Shown here piece after piece: positions 40,321 through 47,289 of a stretch of DNA of 64,000 nt. The stretch comes from Planctomycetota bacterium. GTDB taxonomy: Bacteria > Planctomycetota > UBA8742 > UBA2392. Position 1 is the first letter of the stretch; every line of letters begins with the position of its first letter. Both the position numbers and the translations under genes were made by a program. The DNA is taken from positions 37,899 to 101,898 of the forward strand of contig QEVF01000012.1 in assembly GCA_003576915.1 (NCBI GenBank), written 5' to 3'. A model generated the notes under the pieces. That model ran no database searches. It was not told the DNA's origin and saw nothing but the letters and a program-made list of their open reading frames with translations.

Positions 40321-41454
40321 ATGAACATCCCCCTGAGCAAGCCCGAAATCACGCCCGAAGACGTCGCGGCGGTCAACGCCGTCCTCAAATCCGGCAGACT
40401 CACGCAAGGGCCTCAAACGGCCCTGTTCGAGGAAATGGCCGCGGCTTACGTGGGCGCGAAGTTCGCCATCGCCGCCAGCAGCCATGCCACAGCCCTGCAT
40501 GCCGCTCTGCTGGCGGCGGGCATTGCCGCCGGCCGCGAGGTCATCACCAGCCCCTTTACCTTCATCGCCGCGGCCAACGCCGTTGAGCAGTGCTCGGCTC
40601 GACCGCGTTTTGTGGACATTGATCCCATTTCGCTCAACCTGGACCCCCGCAAGGCTGCTTCGGCACTGAGTGAGGACAGCCAGGCTTTACTCGTGCCGCA
40701 CACATTTGGACTGCCCGCCGAAAGCGCCGCACTGTGCGGCGAGGCCGAAACGTGCGGCTTGGCCGTAATCGAGGATGCCTCCCAGGCTCTGGGGGCGCAG
40801 GCGGGATCGGTCAAGGTCGGCGGCAGCCCCGCGGCGCTGGCCACGGTGTTCAGCTGCTATCCGGGCTGCCCCGTGACTACGGGCGAGGGCGGCCTGATCG
40901 TCACCCACGACGCGGCCTATGCCGACGCCTGCCGCAGCCTTGTCAACCTCGGGCGCGACCCTTCCGCCCCCAAGGGCGGGGGAAAGGGCGCAAGCTGGTT
41001 GACGCACTCGAGGCTGGGCTTCAACTACCGCATGGACGAAATGTCCGCGGCGCTGGGTGTGAGCCAGCTGTCGCGCATCGACGAAACCCTGGCACGGCGC
41101 CAGCGCCTGGCCGATCACTATCGGGGGCGACTACGGCCGCTGAAAGACCGCTTCATCCTGCCCATGGAGATTGCCGGCTGCCGCCGCGCTTGGAGTACGT
41201 TCAACATCATCTGCCGCGAGGGCGTCTCACGCGAGAAAGTCATCGCGGCGCTGGCCGACAAGGGCATTGCGACGGAGCGCTACTTCGACCCGCCGCTGCA
41301 CCTGCAGCCCTTCTACCGCGAGAAATACGGCGACACACCCGGCACCCTGAATATCGCCGAGGGCATCGCCCGTCAGATTCTGGCCCTGCCCTTTTTCACG
41401 ACCATGAGCGCGGCTGAGGTCGATTACGTCTGTGACGCCCTGGAGGCGCTGTAG
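40321..41454 (+). CDS. DegT/DnrJ/EryC1/StrS-family (sugar aminotransferase-like) protein lacking the PLP lysine
   Basis: IPLSKPEIT..AV..VL.SG.LTQGP, VIEDASQALGA, FSCYPGCPVTTGEGG (family consensus as I recall it FSF.P.KN.TTGEGG), LGFNYRMDEMSAALG. Confidence 0.85.
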   Translation: MNIPLSKPEITPEDVAAVNAVLKSGRLTQGPQTALFEEMAAAYVGAKFAIAASSHATALHAALLAAGIAAGREVITSPFTFIAAANAVEQCSARPRFVDIDPISLNLDPRKAASALSEDSQALLVPHTFGLPAESAALCGEAETCGLAVIEDASQALGAQAGSVKVGGSPAALATVFSCYPGCPVTTGEGGLIVTHDAAYADACRSLVNLGRDPSAPKGGGKGASWLTHSRLGFNYRMDEMSAALGVSQLSRIDETLARRQRLADHYRGRLRPLKDRFILPMEIAGCRRAWSTFNIICREGVSREKVIAALADKGIATERYFDPPLHLQPFYREKYGDTPGTLNIAEGIARQILALPFFTTMSAAEVDYVCDALEAL

Positions 41455-41481
41455 CGGCACGGACGGGGTCGGCAACCTGAA

Positions 41482-42324
41482 TCAGGGATAGAGGACGACC
41501 AGCATCTGCGAAGTCTGGAGCGTCGCCGCGCCATGCCAGGCGTTGCGCACTGCGTCATAGGCGGGCGAGAAGCGCATGTCAGTGCGGGCCAGAGCCTGCC
41601 AGAGCTTCTCATCTTCTTCTTCGGGCGGACCGGGCGGCTGCAAAGCGCCCATGGGCCCCAGGGCCACGGGCTCGTCTGCAAGCCAGACGCCCAGCGTGAC
41701 GGGCGCGCCGCCGTTGCGGCCGTTCTGGTGGCGGTCGAAGATACGCAGCACGGTGGGCGCGACGAATTCGATGCGCCCGGGCAGAAAACGCAGATCGTCG
41801 TCGGCCAGGTGCAGCCACTTGGCTGTAAATGTATCGCCCAGTTTGCGCGGTGGCGGTTCGAACACACGCCGGGCAACATCCGCGACCAGGGCCTCCAGCC
41901 CCTCGAGGCTCTTGAGGCGTGAGCACAGGCGCATGAAGATGTGGCGCAACCATCCCGGCGAACGCTCCAGGTTTTCGGCCAGATTGAAGCACTGAGCCAA
42001 TACCTCCGGGCGCTTCTCGCGCGATACTTCCGCCAGACGGCGCGGCAGCAAGCTGCCAAAGGCCATAGAAAAGAAGTTCCGGGCCCCGGCCTGCGAAGAG
42101 AAGAAGTACCCCTGACCGATGCCGGCAGCGCACAGGCGCAGATAGGCCTCAGCCAGCCGGCGGCTCTGGGCCGCGGGCTCCCCGGCCAGACTCTCAGTCA
42201 GCTCGACGAGGGGACCGTCGATGACTTCGCGCCAGAAGGCCGCGTCAAAGCGAACGTAGCGGCGCATGGCCTCGCGCTCGATGGCTTCGACGACCGACAG
42301 GCCCTGGGGGGCGCGTTCAGGCAT
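41482..42324 (-). CDS. Hypothetical protein (280 aa), translationally coupled to the upstream AAA+ ATPase gene
   Basis: The ORF overlaps the ATPase gene's 3' end by 8 nt. No TM helix, signal peptide or motif recognised. Confidence 0.55.
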   Translation of the reverse strand: MPERAPQGLSVVEAIEREAMRRYVRFDAAFWREVIDGPLVELTESLAGEPAAQSRRLAEAYLRLCAAGIGQGYFFSSQAGARNFFSMAFGSLLPRRLAEVSREKRPEVLAQCFNLAENLERSPGWLRHIFMRLCSRLKSLEGLEALVADVARRVFEPPPRKLGDTFTAKWLHLADDDLRFLPGRIEFVAPTVLRIFDRHQNGRNGGAPVTLGVWLADEPVALGPMGALQPPGPPEEEDEKLWQALARTDMRFSPAYDAVRNAWHGAATLQTSQMLVVLYP

Positions 42325-43849
42325 GGGCGCGGTTGCTCTTGAGCCAGGCGGCGTAGTTGCGGTAGCGGCTGTAGATGGACTTGAGATGGATCAGGTCTTC
42401 ATAGGCCGGCGGGCTGAGTTCGGCCTTCATCAGGCGGTCCATGGCGGCGCTCACGACCCCCAGGCGCTTTTCCACCGTTCGCAGGTCCACGCCGTTGAGG
42501 CCGCGATCCAGCTCCTGCCGCAGAGCCGTCACTTCGCGGCGCACGGGTTCGTGGCGCGAGAACTGCTCGTTGCTCATGTCCACCATGTTGCGGATCCAGG
42601 CCACGCGATCCTGAAGCAGTTGGCGCTGGCCCTTACCCTCAAAGAACAGGCTGCGCGTGTTGGGCACCAGCTTGTCGTGCAGCACCCAGGGCAGGATCTG
42701 CCTCATGTCCTCGATCTCGACCTGGGTGTGGCCGCGGAAGTAGGCCAGCGCCTTCATGAAGTGCAGCGCCGTCTGGAAGCTGCGGGCGCTTACGCCGTTT
42801 TCCGTCTGGGTGCAGAGGTGGACCTTCTTGTCCAGCGGACATTGCTCGCTGCACACAGCGCCCACGCCCTGTCCCGCGAGCTTGAGTGTGTCCTTGCTCT
42901 TGTACTCGAACTGGCTGCTGGCCATGCGGCAGAAGTCAAGCTGGCCCATGAAGAAAGCCAGGCGATCCATCACCGGGGCGGGCACCTGCACGGCCAGAAT
43001 GGCCTTGTAGATGGCCTCCAGCTCCCGGCCTGTGAAGATGATCTCACCGGGGATCAGGTCCTCGGGGTTCTTGTCGCTCTCGATGCGCTGGAGCAGCGCA
43101 TGAATGAAGCCGCTGTTGAAGGGCACGGCGCGCACGACCACGTCAATTCGGTCTTTGAGGGCCTCGATGACCTGAAACGTTCCTCCGCCGGCGTCGTCGT
43201 TAGCCGTGAGAAACCAGCTCGACTTGCCGGAATAGACGTACTGGTCGAACATCTCGGCGTAGCCCTCGCCCATGAGCGAGAGCAGAGCGCTCTGCGTCTT
43301 GGTAGGTATGCGATTGTATTCGTCAATGATTTTGACGCGCTGGCCAATCCAGTTGCGCCAGGCGACCTTGATGTCTTTGGCGCTCTCTGCCTTCATCATG
43401 TCCGCGGGAAGCGGCGCGCCCAGCAGATCCGAGATCGTCAGTTGCGGGTGCCCGCGCTGGATGCTGCGCCTCGTGTCCTCTTTGCTCATGCCTGACAATA
43501 GCGCCATCAGGATCGCGCTGGACGTCTTGCCGCGCCCCGGTCCGCCCACCATCAGGGCGCGGCGGCAGGTGAAGAGGGTGAGCATGGGGATGAGGACAAA
43601 GCTGGAGAAGCTCTGGTCATCGTGAAGGATGAGCTCATCTCCGGCGGTGTTCTTGAGACGGGACTTGGCCCCGAATTCGATGTCGTAGTAGGGGCAGATG
43701 ATGGCGTTGTTGACGATCCACCAGTAGGCCTGGCGCATTTTGTCGTGAAGCGAGGCTCCGTCGCGCTCGCTCAGGTGGACATTGAGGCTGGCGTTGACTT
43801 CCGCACGCCCCTTGAGCAGGTCCAGCAGGGGATTGTCGGGCTTGGGCAT
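42317..43849 (-). CDS. MoxR-like AAA+ ATPase, long form (510 aa)
   Basis: Walker A LMVGGPGRGKTS (aa 99-110), Walker B IIDEYNRIP, QSALLSLMGEG, FLTAND, ALKDRIDVVV. Extra ~95-aa N-terminal region and ~200-aa C-terminal region with a Cys cluster (CSEQCPLDKKVHLC). Confidence 0.8.
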   Translation of the reverse strand: MPKPDNPLLDLLKGRAEVNASLNVHLSERDGASLHDKMRQAYWWIVNNAIICPYYDIEFGAKSRLKNTAGDELILHDDQSFSSFVLIPMLTLFTCRRALMVGGPGRGKTSSAILMALLSGMSKEDTRRSIQRGHPQLTISDLLGAPLPADMMKAESAKDIKVAWRNWIGQRVKIIDEYNRIPTKTQSALLSLMGEGYAEMFDQYVYSGKSSWFLTANDDAGGGTFQVIEALKDRIDVVVRAVPFNSGFIHALLQRIESDKNPEDLIPGEIIFTGRELEAIYKAILAVQVPAPVMDRLAFFMGQLDFCRMASSQFEYKSKDTLKLAGQGVGAVCSEQCPLDKKVHLCTQTENGVSARSFQTALHFMKALAYFRGHTQVEIEDMRQILPWVLHDKLVPNTRSLFFEGKGQRQLLQDRVAWIRNMVDMSNEQFSRHEPVRREVTALRQELDRGLNGVDLRTVEKRLGVVSAAMDRLMKAELSPPAYEDLIHLKSIYSRYRNYAAWLKSNRAHA

Positions 43850-43991
43850 GGAGGGATTGTGGGTTCTGCCGGCCCCATTGTCGATTGCTCACACGCCCGG
43901 TGCGCGGCGATTTGCATGCGCAACCTCGCCCATCTACCGGGGGGCAGGTGCGGCGCGGCCAGAAAGATCAGTCGGAGCAGCTCCGTGAAGA

Positions 43992-44663
43992 ATGTCTGGC
44001 CGTCTGGCAGGCCACGGGCACCTATCCCCTGACGGCGACTTGACCATCAAGATCGCCACGCTAATGGGCAAGCCCCTGCGCAGCAGCTTTGGGGTGGTGG
44101 TTCTCTGGCTTGAGGATGCCTCGGGCAAGGCCATTTCCCTGCCTTCGGCCGACGACGCCTTCTTCATGATTTCCGAGGGCGTCGAGAAGACCCTGCGCAC
44201 CCTGCCGCCCGGCCAGTACACCCTGGTGCTGGTCTATCGGGACGCCGACGGGCGCGAGGTGCCCCTGGAGGCCAGCCTCTTTGACACCTGGTCGACGCCA
44301 CCGGCATTCAGCAAGCCTACCGTGGCTGCCCAACACCTGGGACCGGAGGTGACCCGCTCCCCCGGGCAGGCAGACAGAGGAACTACGGCCTGCTCACGCA
44401 AGCCGAGGATGGCTGGCGCATTTCAGGCGGCTGAAGGGCCGCATGAAATGGAGGCTGGGCAAGACTCACTTTGGCCCGACTTGGTTGAAAGAGCCGCATG
44501 GCGCTCGTTAAACGACCGGCTAACGGTGATGGTCGAGCGCATCTGTGGCCCATTCCGATGCACTGCCGCGCTCCCGCAGGCCGAGGGAGTGAGATTCGGA
44601 GCGGTGCCAGGTCAGCATCCCAAAGATAGCGACGCCGGCGCAATGAGGCTGCGAAAGCGTTGA
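43992..44663 (+). CDS. Questionable hypothetical ORF (only the first ~110 codons look protein-like)
   Basis: DLTIKIATLMGKPLRSSFGVVVLWLEDASGKAISL...GQYTLVLVYRDADGREVPLEASLF looks like beta-sandwich sequence. The C-terminal half is compositionally odd. No SD noted. Confidence 0.3.
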   Translation: MSGRLAGHGHLSPDGDLTIKIATLMGKPLRSSFGVVVLWLEDASGKAISLPSADDAFFMISEGVEKTLRTLPPGQYTLVLVYRDADGREVPLEASLFDTWSTPPAFSKPTVAAQHLGPEVTRSPGQADRGTTACSRKPRMAGAFQAAEGPHEMEAGQDSLWPDLVERAAWRSLNDRLTVMVERICGPFRCTAALPQAEGVRFGAVPGQHPKDSDAGAMRLRKR

Positions 44664-44824
44664 TGCGCTTGCGGTGCGAAGGGCGTGGTTGCAGGACTGC
44701 GCTCTATCACAGGGTGAGCTCCGATAAGGTGAACCCCAGCAACAACCACAGCCATGAATTCAACACCGTACCCAGGCGTCATGGGCCGCCCGATCGGATC
44801 GAGGTCCAGTTTGTGTGGTGAGGG

Positions 44825-45097
44825 TTAGAAGAGCTTGCCTTTGTCGCCATCGTCGGGGCGGGGTTCTTCGAAGGGCTTTTCAACAAATTGGCCGTCCTGC
44901 TCGGACAGCACCTGAACTCGGGCCTCGGCCTGCTTCAAAATGGCCATGCATCGCCGAAGGGCCGCCACACCCTCTTCATAGCGCTTCATGGCGTCCTCCA
45001 GGGGCAGGGTTCCGCCCTCAAGGTCGGCCAGGGCCGCCTCGACCTGCGAGACCAGCACCTCAAAGCGTTCGCCTTCGTCGGGTTTCTTCTTTGCCAT
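44825..45097 (-). CDS. xseB: Exodeoxyribonuclease VII small subunit
   Basis: 90 aa. FE....LE.IV..LE.G.L.LE......YE.G..L...C...L..AE..V-type pattern (FEVLVSQVEAALADLEGGTLPLEDAMKRYEEGVAALRRCMAILKQAEARV). Confidence 0.85.
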   Translation of the reverse strand: MAKKKPDEGERFEVLVSQVEAALADLEGGTLPLEDAMKRYEEGVAALRRCMAILKQAEARVQVLSEQDGQFVEKPFEEPRPDDGDKGKLF

Positions 45098-45105
45098 GCC
45101 GGGAT

Positions 45106-46440
45106 TTAGCCTTTGGCCGCCTGGCTTCGCAACTCTCCCGCCAGGTAGGTTGAACCGGTCACCAGTACCATGCCGTTCTCGCCGGCCAATTTGCGCGCCA
45201 GTGCCAGGGCGGCCTTGGGGCTTTTGGCCACCTCGGCCCCGGCGCCACCGAACTTCATGTAAAGCGAGGCCAGGCTTTGCGGATCAGACGCGCGAGGGCT
45301 GGCGTAACTCGTAAACACGGCCCCGTCGGCGCCTTGGGCCAGGGGCGGCAGGCAGGCCTCAAGGTCCTTGTCTTCGGCAATGCCAACGACGAGCACCAGA
45401 CGCCCTTTATGAATGGCCCTGGCCGTCTGCATGGTGGCTTTGAGGCTGACTTCATTGTGAGCGCTGTCGATCACTACGGGCGGGCGCCCGGCGAAAATCT
45501 CAAAGCGGCCGGGCTGGGCAGTCCGGGCCAGAGCGGAAGCTACCGCCGCGCGGTCGAGAGGTCCGGGCAGGATGGACTCGTCGGCGTTGAGTATTTCAAG
45601 GGCGGCGAGGGCATGGCAGGCGTTCTCTGCGAGGTGGCGCGCGGGCGTGGGCAACTCCAGACGGTCGTAGCGCACATCGCGGATTGCGGCGGTGAAGGTA
45701 ACGCGGTGGAACTCGCGCGAGAAGTCCCGCAGGTGATAGTCTCGCCCGAAGTGGATGATGGGCGCTTCAGCGTCGCGGGCGCAGAGCGTGATCACCCGCA
45801 CGGCGTCAGGGTGCTGGGCCCCGCAGACCACGGGCACGCCGGGCTTGATGATACCGGCCTTCTCGCGGGCGATTTCAGCGATGGTGTCGCCGAGCTGCCG
45901 GGTGTGGTCGAGGCCGATCTCGGTGATGATGGAGACGGCGGGAGATACCACATTGGTGGCGTCCAGCCGGCCGCCCAGGCCCACCTCCCATACGGCAGCG
46001 TCAATGCCCTGGTCGCGGAAGGCTACCATGGCGCACAGCGTGAGGAGCTCAAAGAACGTGATGTCGCGGCCGCCGCCGAGTTCCGCCTCCAGCGTTTCCA
46101 CCACGCGTGCGAAGGCCTTCACGAAGCGGGTGTCCGACAGGGGCTTGCCGTTGACCTCAATACGCTCGTTGAGGCGCTCAAGGTGGGGGCTGGTGAACAG
46201 TCCCACCTTCAGACCCTGACTCCTGAGCGCGGCGGCCAGATAGCGGCTTGTGCTGCCTTTGCCCTTGGTACCTGCGACATGGGCCGCAGCGTAAGCAAGG
46301 TCGGGGCGGCCGAGGGCGTCGCAGACCTCCTTCATGCGGTCGAGGTCGAATGTGTCCCGCGTGCGGCCGCCGAGTTGCTTTTCGTAGTCGGTCCGCTGAT
46401 TGAGGAAGGCAAGGACGTCTTTCATTGTACGGATGGGCAT
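45106..46440 (-). CDS. folC: Bifunctional folylpolyglutamate synthase/dihydrofolate synthase
   Basis: HVAGTKGKGST (Mur-ligase P-loop), FTSPHL, VWEVGLGGRLDATN, DSAHN. Start taken at MPIRTMKD (46440); the 702-aa track ORF carries a spurious 5' extension. Confidence 0.9.
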   Translation of the reverse strand: MPIRTMKDVLAFLNQRTDYEKQLGGRTRDTFDLDRMKEVCDALGRPDLAYAAAHVAGTKGKGSTSRYLAAALRSQGLKVGLFTSPHLERLNERIEVNGKPLSDTRFVKAFARVVETLEAELGGGRDITFFELLTLCAMVAFRDQGIDAAVWEVGLGGRLDATNVVSPAVSIITEIGLDHTRQLGDTIAEIAREKAGIIKPGVPVVCGAQHPDAVRVITLCARDAEAPIIHFGRDYHLRDFSREFHRVTFTAAIRDVRYDRLELPTPARHLAENACHALAALEILNADESILPGPLDRAAVASALARTAQPGRFEIFAGRPPVVIDSAHNEVSLKATMQTARAIHKGRLVLVVGIAEDKDLEACLPPLAQGADGAVFTSYASPRASDPQSLASLYMKFGGAGAEVAKSPKAALALARKLAGENGMVLVTGSTYLAGELRSQAAKG

Positions 46441-46566
46441 GGTGGCCGGGCAGGTCGTGGGCACCGGGCTCAGGCCCGGCAAGGCGGATGCCGATAGTAA
46501 GGAGGTTCGCCGTTTCAGCCAGAGACGGACGGCGGAGATCGCGACCCCATTGAAGGAAGCAGACCC

Positions 46567-47289
46567 ATGCCCCTGATCGGCATCTGCGTTGACCACGTGG
46601 TTCATGCGACGGAAGGCGGCAAGGACCGCAGTTACTTCAAGCTCTACCCCGCCTATGTAGAGGCGGTGATCCGCGGCGGCGGCACACCCGTGGTGCTGCC
46701 CATGGTCGATGACGTGAGGCTGCTGGCGCCCGCAATCCGGACGCTTGACGGCGTGGTGATGATCGGCGCCGACGACTACCCGCCGCAGTGGTACGGCGCA
46801 CCGCCGCACCCCAACGAAGAGTACTGCACGGAAGTCCGTGCCCGCTTTGACCGCGCGTTTGCCGAGATGATCTACGCCACAGACCTGCCGCTGCTGTTGG
46901 TGTGTGGCGGCATGCAGCTGGCCTGTCTGCTTTCGGGTGGGGCCATGCACCAGCACCTTCCCGATCTGGGAGGGCCCCTGGAGCACCGCGACTTCCGGGC
47001 CAGCCCCGTCACGACGACACACGAGATCTCGATCACGCCCGGTTCGCGCCTGCATGAGGCCCTGGGTGTCACACGCACACGCGTGAATTCCATGCACCAC
47101 CAGGCTGCAAGTCGCGTTGGGCCCAGACTGAACATCACCGCCCGCGCTGACGACGGGGTGATCGAGTGCGTTGAATTCAACGACCACCGCTGGCGTGTGG
47201 GAACGCAGTGGCACCCCGAGAGAATGCTCGACGATCCGGTGATGCCGCGCCTGTGGCAGGCGTTTGTGGGGGCCTGTCAGTCGGGATAG
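46567..47289 (+). CDS. Class I glutamine amidotransferase, peptidase C26/PuuD-like gamma-glutamyl hydrolase
   Basis: LLVCGGMQL (nucleophile Cys), NSMHHQA, GTQWHPE. Confidence 0.85.
   Translation: MPLIGICVDHVVHATEGGKDRSYFKLYPAYVEAVIRGGGTPVVLPMVDDVRLLAPAIRTLDGVVMIGADDYPPQWYGAPPHPNEEYCTEVRARFDRAFAEMIYATDLPLLLVCGGMQLACLLSGGAMHQHLPDLGGPLEHRDFRASPVTTTHEISITPGSRLHEALGVTRTRVNSMHHQAASRVGPRLNITARADDGVIECVEFNDHRWRVGTQWHPERMLDDPVMPRLWQAFVGACQSG

Noticed and set aside
45106-47214. 702-aa ORF suggesting a large N-terminal extension on FolC.
   Set aside because: FolC similarity begins at MPIRTMKD (start 46440). The upstream 258 codons are low-complexity and overlap the genuine plus-strand amidotransferase gene at 46567-47289.
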